A stretch of 32,000 nucleotides of DNA from Candidatus Thorarchaeota archaeon (GCA_003345555.1 PRDJ01000001.1:60001-92000); one strand, 5' to 3'; positions 1 through 9,552 are shown, counted from the stretch's first letter. Notes: a model not told the origin generated them from the sequence alone. A program made the numbers and translations.

Positions 1-492
1 GAAGAGATGATTGAACTGAGGCATGCAGCAGAAACAGAGCGTGGCATTCTGATGGATCTCGTGGAGAAGGATTCTGCCGCATTCGAGGATGTTCTGTCTG
101 CCTTTAGACTGCCCGAAACCACGGATGTCGAGAAGAGAACAAAGGCCGACAAGGTTGAGGCGGCAACAAAGCACGCATCCGAAATCCCGTTGCAGACAAT
201 GCAGCACTCGTTCAAAGCTCTCGAACGTGCGAAGGTGGTTGCCGAAAAGGGCAATGCAAATGCAATTACTGACGCCGGCGTTGCGGCTATTGCTCTCTTT
301 GGAGCCATAGAAGGCGCAGCGCTTAATGTGCGCATTAATCTTGGAAACATACATGACAAGCCGTTCATGAAGAGAATGAGCGATGAAGTTGACAGGCTGA
401 CATCAGGTGGTCAAGAGCTCAAGGATGAGATACTGACAACAGTGAATGCTCGAATGAGAGAACTATCAGGTCAGCAAGGCGGAGCTACTTGA
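1..492 (+). CDS. Formiminotetrahydrofolate cyclodeaminase/cyclohydrolase-family domain (FTCD C-terminal), 5'-truncated by the window edge
   Basis: Frame is open from base 1. The motifs DSAAFEDVLSAFRLP, IPLQTM and KGNANAITDAGVAA...GAALNVRINL match FTCD_C. Whether it is fused to a formiminotransferase cannot be seen. Confidence 0.85.
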   Translation, partial: EEMIELRHAAETERGILMDLVEKDSAAFEDVLSAFRLPETTDVEKRTKADKVEAATKHASEIPLQTMQHSFKALERAKVVAEKGNANAITDAGVAAIALFGAIEGAALNVRINLGNIHDKPFMKRMSDEVDRLTSGGQELKDEILTTVNARMRELSGQQGGAT

Positions 493-1669
493 CAGCTGTC
501 AACTTGGCACCCTGACCAATCCTTGTCAGATAGGGTATTCCACCAACCTTCCTGATAGCCTCGGCCACTTCCTTCTCATGACCGGGTGCATACGCAAGCA
601 TGGTCCCTCCCCCGCCACTTCCGTTTATCTTGCACCCAAGCGCACCGGCTGCCTTGGCCGCCGAGATGAGCTCCTCGATTCTGGCTGTTGATCGATGAAG
701 CCCATCCCTTAGCAGGACATGGTGTTCATTCAGCATTGAGCCAACTATGCGAGGGTCCGGTTTCTTGGAACTCAGCACCTTGAGTGCTCGCGCAGTGAGA
801 TCCCTGTTGCGTATTGTCGTGAGAGTCATCAATCGACAATCTAAGGGCAACGTGTCTATGTGCTTAGATACCAGCTTAAGTGGAGTCTCTCTCTGATTGA
901 ATCCCGGTATAGCCTTCGACAGTCGCCTATAGCCATCTTCGACCGTCGCCCTGATTGTAGTGAGGTCACCCACGGTGTCCTTCTTCTTTTCTTGCGAATC
1001 TCCAATTACCAACCCATCGAGGCTTGCTGCGATTCTTGTGAGCTTGTTCTGTCTGCCGCAGTCAACGTGGATTAATCCCCCGTACGCCGAGGCGAAATGG
1101 TCCATCATACCCCCGCTCTCCCCAAACTCGCGAACCTCGGCTTGGAATGCAAGATTGGCTAGTCTCTCTGGGTCCAAGTCTTCTCCTGCCAGATGAGCGG
1201 CGGTCATCACCGACGCGACCGTGAGCGCTGATGAACTTGATAGCCCTCCGGCTATCGGGATGTTCCCAGCTATGGCGAGCTCAGCACCCGTCCTTGGAAT
1301 GAGCCCTTGTCGCGCGACCACGTTGAAGGCGCTCCTGAGGTAGTCACGACGTTGCCGATACGACAGATTCTCACCGATTCGGAATGAGTCCGCTTGTTTG
1401 AGGTCACTATAGAGTACCCTAATCTCTGAACCCTCTCCCGGTTTTCCCGAAATGGTAATGCATCGATCTATAGCACCCGGAATCACGGGAAGTCCAATGT
1501 AGTCGCTATGCTCTCCGAACAAACACACCCGTCCGGGTGCCGTAACAAGGAAAGGTTGAGCTGCTATCATTGCTTTCAACCCAATCTTTGACATCAATGT
1601 GTCTTTTGGTAATCGCCTTGAAACCATGGTCTCATTCTTGATTAGCGCTACTTGGTGCGCGGTAGGCAT
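485..1669 (-). CDS. galK: Galactokinase-like GHMP kinase
   Basis: Has APGRVCLFGEHSDY (galactokinase signature), the PIAGGLSSSSA ATP loop, GMMDH and the C-terminal GSGGGG. The exact start is uncertain. Its stop overlaps the convergent FTCD stop by 8 bp. Confidence 0.75.
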   Translation of the reverse strand: MPTAHQVALIKNETMVSRRLPKDTLMSKIGLKAMIAAQPFLVTAPGRVCLFGEHSDYIGLPVIPGAIDRCITISGKPGEGSEIRVLYSDLKQADSFRIGENLSYRQRRDYLRSAFNVVARQGLIPRTGAELAIAGNIPIAGGLSSSSALTVASVMTAAHLAGEDLDPERLANLAFQAEVREFGESGGMMDHFASAYGGLIHVDCGRQNKLTRIAASLDGLVIGDSQEKKKDTVGDLTTIRATVEDGYRRLSKAIPGFNQRETPLKLVSKHIDTLPLDCRLMTLTTIRNRDLTARALKVLSSKKPDPRIVGSMLNEHHVLLRDGLHRSTARIEELISAAKAAGALGCKINGSGGGGTMLAYAPGHEKEVAEAIRKVGGIPYLTRIGQGAKLTAVK

Positions 1670-1676
1670 GGTCTGC

Positions 1677-2774
1677 CTACTTCGGACCTAGTGCCAGCCT
1701 AATTGCTGTTTCAAAATCCTCTGGGGTTACCCCTGGAGAATCGATTCTGATGTCCGCGTAAGTCTTCCTTAATCGGTCGATGATATCGTCGCCAGTCGTT
1801 TTGGCTCCCAGTAACGCATGTTCAATAGCTGCAATCGAATCAGAAGGCACAAGGAAGAAATCTCCGCTCACGACTATGTCTCGAATCGTGTCTTCGGTTT
1901 CCTCGACTGTAACTCTAATCAGTCCTCCGGGTGCCTTGTGGTTTGCAGTCCCGACTGTGGATGTAGCCGATATCTTCACAGTCCTTGCATCATGTAATAC
2001 TCTATCGCCATGCCAGTGTAGCCACTCGTCAGAGACATACTTGGATCGGAGCTTGGCCATCCGTTTCTTCTCCCATGCTGACAGACTACCCCTATTCAGG
2101 TCAATGTCAAGAGTTGTCTCGTAGAGGCGCAAGAGGTCTTCCTTTACTCTGTTCCTGTCAGGCAGACTGCCTTTTTCAAGGAGAATTGTCGTAAGTCGCT
2201 CTTTGAGGCTCTTAGCTACTTTGTCCCGGAACTTCTCGTCGGGAACCTTTAGAACCTTGACCATCATATCGAAGTTGAAGACGAAAATCATGTTGCCCGT
2301 TAGGATTCTCGCGTCACCGACATCTCCCGCTCCATTACCGGAGATTTTCTTACCGCCAACTTGAATATCATTAACGGGCTTGTATTCCGCGTCAATGCCC
2401 AAGTTCCTGTAGGCTTGCACAGGCGCCTCAAGGAACTTCTGATAGTACGCGTCGATACTCCTTGGAGTCGTCGGACTGTCTATCCTGCCAATCACCTGAT
2501 AGAACATCTGTCCATCATCGAGGTAGACGCCTCCTCCTCCAATCACTCTGCGTGTAACGATAATCTTGTTTGAGCGGCAGAAGGCGAGGTCCAAGTCCTT
2601 GTCCGCCTCTTGAAAGTAACCCAAACAAACCAGAGGCTTCGCAGGCCAACATATGATGAGCGTATTATCCGCTTTCTTCTCAGTAATTGCCTGAGCGACC
2701 ACATCATATATGATCTGGCTGTCCAAGGGGTCTACCGGACCAAGGTCCAGTAGTCTCCATTCCTCAAGGGTCAT
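1677..2774 (-). CDS. lplA: Lipoate--protein ligase A with C-terminal domain
   Basis: Motifs WRLLD, RRVIGGGGVYLD, VNDIQVGGKKISGNG and KAPGGLIRV. ATG at 2774 is preferred over 2834, which would leave only 44 bp for a divergent promoter region. Confidence 0.9.
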   Translation of the reverse strand: MTLEEWRLLDLGPVDPLDSQIIYDVVAQAITEKKADNTLIICWPAKPLVCLGYFQEADKDLDLAFCRSNKIIVTRRVIGGGGVYLDDGQMFYQVIGRIDSPTTPRSIDAYYQKFLEAPVQAYRNLGIDAEYKPVNDIQVGGKKISGNGAGDVGDARILTGNMIFVFNFDMMVKVLKVPDEKFRDKVAKSLKERLTTILLEKGSLPDRNRVKEDLLRLYETTLDIDLNRGSLSAWEKKRMAKLRSKYVSDEWLHWHGDRVLHDARTVKISATSTVGTANHKAPGGLIRVTVEETEDTIRDIVVSGDFFLVPSDSIAAIEHALLGAKTTGDDIIDRLRKTYADIRIDSPGVTPEDFETAIRLALGPK

Positions 2775-2878
2775 ATGTCGTGCTGAAGAACGGTGGCTAA
2801 TAATCCCAACGTCCGAGGAATCTCGTTCTTTCATGCTAACACCTAAAAGCTGTCACCGATTAGTCAACCTCGATTGAG

Positions 2879-3652
2879 ATGATTGAGTCGCTGGGTCTGA
2901 CCAAGACGTTTAGTGAATTCACAGCTGTGAAGGATCTGTCATTCAAGGTTGAACCGGGGGAAATCTACGGGCTTCTTGGCCCGAATGGCTCGGGAAAATC
3001 CACGACGATGAAGATGCTTCTTGGCTTGTTGAGACCGACATCCGGGACAGCGCGAATAGCGGGGCACGATATCATCAATGACGTAGTGGCTGCGAAGCGT
3101 GTGATGGGCTACGTTCCGGAAGAACCTGTCTTGCCAGAGCGGCTGACCGGCTGGGAATTCATCAACTATGTTGCCGATATTTGGCGCATGCCCCGTGGTT
3201 CTCAACGCCAGCAGGACATAGAGGAATTGCTCACTCTGCTGGACATATCGGATGCGAGCAACGACCTGATAGAGACGTATTCTAAGGGTATGTCACGCAA
3301 GATTAGCCTCGTAGCGGCATTGGTTCATCGACCCAAGATCCTCATTCTTGACGAAGTTCAAGCTGGAATTGACCCGAGAGGTGCCGCGACAATAAAGGAG
3401 ATTCTAAACGGACTTCGCTCTAAAGGGGCCACCATACTGATGAGCACACACATACTTGAGATTGCTGAGGAACTGTGTGTCCGCATCGGCATAATCAAGG
3501 ATGGAAGCATGATTGCCGAGGGAACGATGGACGAACTGAGGATGATGGCCGAGGGTCAGAGGAACTTAGAAGAGATATTCCTAGCCCTAACGGGCGGACC
3601 CGATATGCAGCGGATTGCCCAGTATCTTAGAGGATCCGGTGAGTCGAGTTGA
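2879..3652 (+). CDS. ABC transporter ATP-binding subunit (exporter type)
   Basis: Walker A GPNGSGKST, signature YSKGM, Walker B ILILDE and H-loop STH. Confidence 0.95.
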   Translation: MIESLGLTKTFSEFTAVKDLSFKVEPGEIYGLLGPNGSGKSTTMKMLLGLLRPTSGTARIAGHDIINDVVAAKRVMGYVPEEPVLPERLTGWEFINYVADIWRMPRGSQRQQDIEELLTLLDISDASNDLIETYSKGMSRKISLVAALVHRPKILILDEVQAGIDPRGAATIKEILNGLRSKGATILMSTHILEIAEELCVRIGIIKDGSMIAEGTMDELRMMAEGQRNLEEIFLALTGGPDMQRIAQYLRGSGESS

Positions 3653-5358
3653 CCTCAGATGTCCTGACTCTCTTGAAATTGGACCTGAGACAGAGCTTTC
3701 GTCCCTCGTCAGTCAAGGGTAAGCGCAGTGAGAAGAGAAGTTCGTTCCGACGTCTGATTCCCCTTGTAGCTCTCGGGTCGTTCGTTATAGGAATCTCGCT
3801 AATCATCGTTCTCGTGGGGCCCCGGATATGGTCCTATGTTGAGGGCGCCGTCATCAGCGACCCTGGACTCGGTGCAACGATTTTCAATGCGATTGTTCTG
3901 TTTGCTTTCTTGAGTTCGATAATGGTGTCTGCGACAACGGTGGGAAACAGTGCTAAGATGGAGTACCTGCTCGTAATGCCTGTTTCAATGCGCTCAATAT
4001 TCTTGGAGAAGACTGTCTTGGTGGTTCTCTATAATTCCATCCTCTGGCTGACGATAGGAATTCCCATCTTTGTGGGCTTTTCCTTAATCTCGGCAGCGAG
4101 GCTCGCTCTCCTTTCTGCCCCCTTGTTCGTGTTCATGACGCTAATGCTCGTCTCATTAGGTGTGTCGCTGGGCGGTCTAATCGGTCTCATCTTCACACGG
4201 TTGCTGGCCGGCAGGCGTGCACTCAAACAAGTCGGTTACTTCGTCCTATCAGGAGGAGCAATCATCTTCAGTGCCTACTGGTATTACTCTATCTACTATG
4301 GCGACTCGGGTGGACAGGTGTTTGAATGGCTAATCAACCTCGCTAGAAGTCTCGGGTTCTCGTCTAACATCACGCCCGGCTATGCCGCCAGTGTTCTCTC
4401 GCTTGGCCTTCTTGTCGGCCTGCCGCTCACCGTTCAGGACATCGTTCTCGCACTCGCTTTTGCATTGAGCTCGTTTGCTCTGCTACGTGCTAACTCGATA
4501 CTAAGTGAGAGAGCACACTATAGCGGCTGGTTGGCTGTCGGGTCCAAAAGAAGCTCGAAAAAACTGGTTCCCGTCCTTCACCCGATGTGGGCTCCCAGAG
4601 CAATCCCGATAGCGGCTACCAACACAACCATTGGCGTATCCATCTGGTACAACATCACTTCTGTGCGACGTGAGGCTCGAGTGCTGTCTCAGTATTTGCT
4701 CGGCCCGGTGAGAATAGTAATCTGGATTGTGCTGCCGATTTTCGCTGTTGGCGAGCAGTCGCTTGTCTTGACTCCATATCTACTTGCTGTTGCTCTCATT
4801 CCATTCGCAATCTCATACGGAGTGTACTTTGCTGGATACGAGATTGTATATGAAGGTAAGAACCTCATGAATCTACAACTTGCTGCGGCAAACATGGAGG
4901 ACTACGTCAAGGGCAAAATCTACAGTGCCCTGCCTTTCACGCTAGGGGCAACCGTTGTCTTCTCAATCATAATCGCGTTTCTCTCACAGTCAATGCTCAT
5001 ATATTTGCCTGCGATTGCAGCTAGTAGTCTCTTTGTGACTCTTGCATCTGGTGCTATCGCAGCGAATGCGGCGGCCATAGGAGGTGACTTCAAGGCCGAA
5101 CGCATGATACTTAGGCAGAGGGGTTCAGCTGCCCAAATGCCGATAAGGGGCTGGTCCATACTCCGCGCTCAATTCGCACCGATGCTCCTGGGATTTGGCG
5201 GAGTGTCCTTGATGCTAGCAGTGGGGTTCTTCTTCAATCCCCTCTTTACGTACTTAGTGCTTCCAGTGTTCTCGATTGTCTGTCTGCAAATCATGAAAAC
5301 TTATGCACATGGCGCCGGGGTTAAGTTGGCTCAAATTGAAGCGACTAAGTACCTTTGA
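3649..5358 (+). CDS. ABC exporter permease, multi-pass membrane protein
   Basis: Many hydrophobic segments arranged in two halves. The TTG start overlaps the ATPase stop (TTGA), implying translational coupling. Confidence 0.8.
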   Translation: MTSDVLTLLKLDLRQSFRPSSVKGKRSEKRSSFRRLIPLVALGSFVIGISLIIVLVGPRIWSYVEGAVISDPGLGATIFNAIVLFAFLSSIMVSATTVGNSAKMEYLLVMPVSMRSIFLEKTVLVVLYNSILWLTIGIPIFVGFSLISAARLALLSAPLFVFMTLMLVSLGVSLGGLIGLIFTRLLAGRRALKQVGYFVLSGGAIIFSAYWYYSIYYGDSGGQVFEWLINLARSLGFSSNITPGYAASVLSLGLLVGLPLTVQDIVLALAFALSSFALLRANSILSERAHYSGWLAVGSKRSSKKLVPVLHPMWAPRAIPIAATNTTIGVSIWYNITSVRREARVLSQYLLGPVRIVIWIVLPIFAVGEQSLVLTPYLLAVALIPFAISYGVYFAGYEIVYEGKNLMNLQLAAANMEDYVKGKIYSALPFTLGATVVFSIIIAFLSQSMLIYLPAIAASSLFVTLASGAIAANAAAIGGDFKAERMILRQRGSAAQMPIRGWSILRAQFAPMLLGFGGVSLMLAVGFFFNPLFTYLVLPVFSIVCLQIMKTYAHGAGVKLAQIEATKYL

Positions 5359-5386
5359 AACTCGGGTTCTGCATTTTTGCTGTGGC

Positions 5387-6106
5387 TCAGGGTGAAAGCT
5401 TCTTGACGACCTTGCCTTGAGGTACAGTGATGTCAACATCGAAGTAGAGTCCCATCATTATATTCTCTATTTCGATTGTGCTGAGGTCATCTTGTGGCCC
5501 ACTGCTAATCTCGATTTCTGCCGAGCCTGAGCGACCCTTCTTCACGTCGTAAGTCAAGTAAGCTGTTGTGATGGCCGCGACATCTGCACCCAGTCCATCA
5601 ACGCTCGGTATCATCTTGATGTTGATGTTCGGCCCGCTGTCGATCCATTGGCCTTCATCTGTGAGTGTGCAAGTGGCCTTGAGCAACGTGTTACGTCCTC
5701 TGACCGTGGTCGCCACCAGTTTATCGCCGCGAAGGTTGAGCGAGATCTTGGCTAGCTTCCGAGGGTATCCCCACATTTCCCGACCAGAGGCAAGAGCAAC
5801 ATCCGTGTCTGCATATGCGTATGGGAAATACACGCCTACTTCCTCCTGTTTTGTCTCGGGATTGTCGAACACACACTGGACAAGGACGCTCGATTCCATG
5901 AATGTTCCCGATTCTTTGCACGGTTGCTTGGCAAACATGAGACCGGCGAGCTTCAAGTCTGAAGGCCGCAGCTCTGGCGGTAGCAGTTTCTGAAGGGACT
6001 TGTCTGTCGGGTTGAACAATGCCAAGAACAGCTTAGACCCAATGTAATGGTAAGGTGATTTGGGGTAAAGCGGACTCAGAAGTGGAGTACTAGATATGCG
6101 ACTCAT
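5387..6106 (-). CDS. Acetoacetate decarboxylase-like superfamily protein
   Basis: N-terminal STPLLSPLYPKSPYHY and the GREMWGYPRKLA motif. ATG at 6106 is preferred because the longer ORF would overlap the divergent gene. Confidence 0.85.
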   Translation of the reverse strand: MSRISSTPLLSPLYPKSPYHYIGSKLFLALFNPTDKSLQKLLPPELRPSDLKLAGLMFAKQPCKESGTFMESSVLVQCVFDNPETKQEEVGVYFPYAYADTDVALASGREMWGYPRKLAKISLNLRGDKLVATTVRGRNTLLKATCTLTDEGQWIDSGPNINIKMIPSVDGLGADVAAITTAYLTYDVKKGRSGSAEIEISSGPQDDLSTIEIENIMMGLYFDVDITVPQGKVVKKLSP

Positions 6107-6241
6107 ATTCTCACTGTGAAAATCCTGTCTAGCGTAGTTATTGAATCTGCCGAGAAATTGGTGCGGCGAACTATTCATTTGGCACGCTGCTCTAGCGAAT
6201 GACACATCTCCGGACCCGTCGAATTCGAGGTGGATAGATCT

Positions 6242-7228
6242 ATGGTTGAGCTCGGTTTTGCATGGCATCACTCGAAGCAACCCAAGCATGCAAGAGCAGA
6301 CTTTGAAGAGATGGTCTCCAACAACTGCAATTCTGTCTTGGTTGCAGCTTCAGAAGATGATATTGAGTATTGGTATCCCAACCTCGTACAGATCGTCGAA
6401 CAGGCGAAGGATGTGGGCTTGCGGGTATGGTTCAATTTCTGGGCATTCGGAGGAATCTTCGGTGGCGAGCCGCCATCCATTTTCCTTCATGAGAATCACG
6501 GCAAGAGACAAATCACTGCAGAGTCAAGAGAGGCAGTGCCAGCGGCATGCATCAACAGGAAGGAGTTTCAGGACTACTTCTATGAACGCGTTCGAAAGGT
6601 AACCAGAGAGATGAAGATCGACGGTGTATTCCTTGACGAGCCTCACTACTACCCAATGTTGTCGGAATCGGAATTCACATGCGTATGCGATGCGTGCCAA
6701 GCCAAGTATGAGCACGATATGGGGTTGCCCATGCCTGCAGAATACGATGAGGAAGTACGCACATTCCGCGAGCAGAGCATGTACGAGTTCTTGGTGGCAA
6801 CGTGCAAAATCATCAAACAATCGAGGAGTTCCATAGAAACGTGCGTGTGCGTCATTCCGAGTTCGGTAGGTTCGATGGGGATGCCCGATTGGGACAGGCT
6901 CGCAGCAATCAAGGAAGTCGACATGTTCGCCAGCGACCCCTATTTCAGCGTCTTCGGAGAGAATCGGTCTTGGGCCATTGAAATGGCAAAGAAGACAGTT
7001 GCCACCGCTAAGCGATATCGAAAGCGTAGTCAGCTATGGATTCAGATGTTCAGGCTTCCCATGGGCCAAGAGAAAGCAGTCGCTTCTTTGGTTCCTGAGT
7101 ACGTTCGATTGGGGGTCGACTCTGTTTTTGGCTGGTGCTACCTTGCCAACAAGGGCACCACAATTGCGAGCGACGAGCCTGACTTGCTCTGGTCGCTCGT
7201 GACTGAGGAATACAAGAAGATGAAGTGA
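6242..7228 (+). CDS. Glycoside hydrolase-like TIM-barrel protein
   Basis: Pattern of a GH-A-like barrel: VFLDEPHY candidate acid/base, a CxCxxC (CVCDAC) cluster as in GH42, and ASDPY. No signal peptide is evident. Confidence 0.55.
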   Translation: MVELGFAWHHSKQPKHARADFEEMVSNNCNSVLVAASEDDIEYWYPNLVQIVEQAKDVGLRVWFNFWAFGGIFGGEPPSIFLHENHGKRQITAESREAVPAACINRKEFQDYFYERVRKVTREMKIDGVFLDEPHYYPMLSESEFTCVCDACQAKYEHDMGLPMPAEYDEEVRTFREQSMYEFLVATCKIIKQSRSSIETCVCVIPSSVGSMGMPDWDRLAAIKEVDMFASDPYFSVFGENRSWAIEMAKKTVATAKRYRKRSQLWIQMFRLPMGQEKAVASLVPEYVRLGVDSVFGWCYLANKGTTIASDEPDLLWSLVTEEYKKMK

Positions 7229-7297
7229 GGGCGCGGATCCCTGTTGTGAAGCACACATTGCAGTGTCAAGAATCCGGGCACTCACGAAACAGATGAA

Positions 7298-8173
7298 TCA
7301 CAGTCTTGCGGCCTTGAAGATGGCAGGCCACACAAACGCTCCGACGATTGCCACCAAAGCATATCGCAGAGCCCTGAGCCAGACCTCGGTTGTCGGAAGG
7401 AACGGTGCCAGCCCGAACATGGTGCCAATCACAAGCATGAGGCCTATCACAACACGCAGCACCAACCGCCATTTCTGTCCGTTCAGTGGTTCCACCGTGA
7501 AATTCACGAACCTTCTCTCCAGCAGCAGTCCCAAAGCAACGCCCATGGTTAGGCCGCCAAGTGCGCCGAAGTTGTCTTCTGGCGGTTGCGGCAAGAGATA
7601 GGTGCTGATGAAAGTTGCAGCCAAACCGAACAGGAACAAGGCCAGATACAGATACCCCGTTTTGTATCGGGACAGAGTCTTGGAAAGCGGCTTCTCCATC
7701 AACAGGAGAATAGAGAGCAGAACGAGACCCAGTGCCCATCCCAGCACTACGTCTCCGAGGTAGTGCACGCCTAGATAGACCCTTGATACCCCGATTAGCA
7801 CGGTCAAGACGACTGCCAGAAGATACATCCACCATCTCTTTGCTTTTACTGCCAGCCAACCAAACAGCATGGCTGAGTTCTGAGCATGTCCACTGGGTGT
7901 GCTGTAGTTGCTTGCGTCTATTCCCGTCCACCAATATGATGGATTAGGTCTTGGATTTGCCACGACCAGCTTTACCCAATAGTTGGAAAGAACGGAAACT
8001 AGGAGAACCCACACTACAAGTATGGACTCCTTCTTCTTGTAGGCCCAGAAGCCTGCGAGCAAGAGTGCCACGTAGAAGATGTCTTCACCTAGTCCTGTAA
8101 ACAGAATAAACACCAGAGGCCATGGCATTAGAGTCCGAAGCCATGTCGTAATCGAAGGGTCAAACCATGACAT
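7298..8173 (-). CDS. PAP2-family membrane phosphatase
   Basis: All three PAP2 motifs are present: KLVVANPRP, PSGH and SRVYLGVHYLGD. A GGTGAGG Shine-Dalgarno-like site precedes ATG 8173. Confidence 0.92.
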   Translation of the reverse strand: MSWFDPSITTWLRTLMPWPLVFILFTGLGEDIFYVALLLAGFWAYKKKESILVVWVLLVSVLSNYWVKLVVANPRPNPSYWWTGIDASNYSTPSGHAQNSAMLFGWLAVKAKRWWMYLLAVVLTVLIGVSRVYLGVHYLGDVVLGWALGLVLLSILLLMEKPLSKTLSRYKTGYLYLALFLFGLAATFISTYLLPQPPEDNFGALGGLTMGVALGLLLERRFVNFTVEPLNGQKWRLVLRVVIGLMLVIGTMFGLAPFLPTTEVWLRALRYALVAIVGAFVWPAIFKAARL

Positions 8174-8391
8174 ATCTCTCTCCTCACCTGCCAATGTGGT
8201 CGGAGCCTGGTGAAAAACCTGCTTGTCTCTCATTGGACGTCAGAGCCGAGCCTCCTGACCTCACACTCCTGCCACGAGTGAGCATGAAACATCCGAAGCA
8301 CCGCGACTGAAACGCACCATCGCAGGCACGTACGTCCGATGTCCATTCTGCCTATTGCTGCCAATGCTCCGATTCGATGTTGATTATTCCG

Positions 8392-9177
8392 TCAGACCTC
8401 GAAGATGTGGACCCCGAAATACGGTAGATGCACTAACTGACAATCAGTCGTCGACGTTATCTCGTCGTCGTAGAGCACGACAAACACGACATCCTCTTCT
8501 CCAGCGAAGTGGATTGGGACCATGTATTTTGGTAGGATCAACTGGATGACGTCGACCACTTCTTCCCTATACATTGTCTGGCAACCGGGTCCCAAGGGAA
8601 GCAATGCGAGATCGATTCCTCCAACAAGCTGTTCGTACTCTGGTATGTTCTTCGAGTCGCCAGCATGGAATATGGTGAAACCATCGATGTCTATTATGTA
8701 GCTCGTGTAATTGCTCTCTGTTGGATGGCTTGCATTGTATCCCTCAGGGGCGAATGTGTACATATAGAAGGCTGTGATATTAAGTGATCCAACTTGGACG
8801 TGATCCATCGGGCTCACGCCGATTCCAGAGAAGGCGGCGATGGCACCTGTCATCATTTCTGGAAACACATTGATAGTTCCTTGCTTCTGGAGCATCTGGA
8901 CGATAGAGCTATCGTAGTGGTCTCCATGGTCGTGGGTTATCAACACAGCATCTGCGGGAAGGTCCGAGTAGTTGGCTGGAAGCTCAACAGGGTCGATGTA
9001 TATCCGCAATTCGTTCGCTTCAATCATGACACCTGCATTGTAGAGTAGTGTAACCTTGACTGTGTCTTGGGTTGTCGTGGCTGGGATATTGAGCACGTAT
9101 ATTCCGACAGGAATGGCACCGACCACAACTGCAAGGGCCACAATCAGTCCGATCTTTGTACTAGTACTCGATAGCAT
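8392..9177 (-). CDS. Membrane-anchored metallo-beta-lactamase-fold hydrolase
   Basis: Motifs THDHGDH, FHAGDS and PIHF. N-terminal hydrophobic helix (IGLIVALAVVVGAIPVGIYVL) and several N-X-S/T sequons. Confidence 0.85.
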   Translation of the reverse strand: MLSSTSTKIGLIVALAVVVGAIPVGIYVLNIPATTTQDTVKVTLLYNAGVMIEANELRIYIDPVELPANYSDLPADAVLITHDHGDHYDSSIVQMLQKQGTINVFPEMMTGAIAAFSGIGVSPMDHVQVGSLNITAFYMYTFAPEGYNASHPTESNYTSYIIDIDGFTIFHAGDSKNIPEYEQLVGGIDLALLPLGPGCQTMYREEVVDVIQLILPKYMVPIHFAGEEDVVFVVLYDDEITSTTDCQLVHLPYFGVHIFEV

Positions 9178-9202
9178 AGCTTAGGTTTTGATTGTATCCT
9201 CA

Positions 9203-9208
9203 ATATAA
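9203..9208 (-). promoter_or_regulatory. Putative TATA box for the MBL hydrolase gene (leaderless-type spacing)
   Basis: TTATAT on the minus strand, 26 nt upstream of ATG 9177. Confidence 0.45.
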
Positions 9209-9552
9209 GAGGCGCCTTCTCAGCATTTAGAGCTGACGAGGGTATGCGTGTCGCTTGTACCATCCATAGAGAGCCTTACGCCGCATACTTGGGATAGGCC
9301 CCCCACGACTGTGACCTGGAGCTCCGTGTCGCGAGGGGGCAAGTGCATGAGGCATTCTTATTCTGTGGCATGACCGATGCGATAGGGGCAAGATGGCTTC
9401 TTCGCAGGCTTCGAGGTCTAAAACCGGCCAAATGTCAAGAATGAATCGTCTGCCACAGCAGACCTCCTATTCGCTTCTAGCGAGGAATGAAAAGACAGAT
9501 AAAGCGTCCCGCAAGGTAAGAAGTTTGTTCTCTTGCTAGGAGTAACCGAAAG

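Noticed and set aside
6107-6289. N-terminal extension of the decarboxylase-like ORF (and similar extensions at 2775-2834 and 8174-8233)
   Set aside because: These extensions overlap divergent genes or promoter space, and family similarity begins at the downstream ATG.
7034-7947. Several overlapping alternative ORFs, including a 222-aa minus-strand frame
   Set aside because: They overlap the well-supported PAP2 and GH-like genes and have low-complexity Arg/Ser-rich, non-protein-like composition.
8234-8391. Small ORF or RNA between the MBL and PAP2 genes
   Set aside because: Only a 38-codon frame with no RBS or recognisable features, and no strong secondary structure.
9233-9290. Hammerhead ribozyme (CTGACGA followed by a stem)
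   Set aside because: The required GAAA does not follow the candidate stem II, and stems I and III cannot be formed.
9181-9552. tRNA, SRP RNA, RNase P RNA, TPP or fluoride riboswitch in the long intergenic gap
   Set aside because: Only isolated fragments such as GCTGAGA are present, with none of the complete conserved cores.
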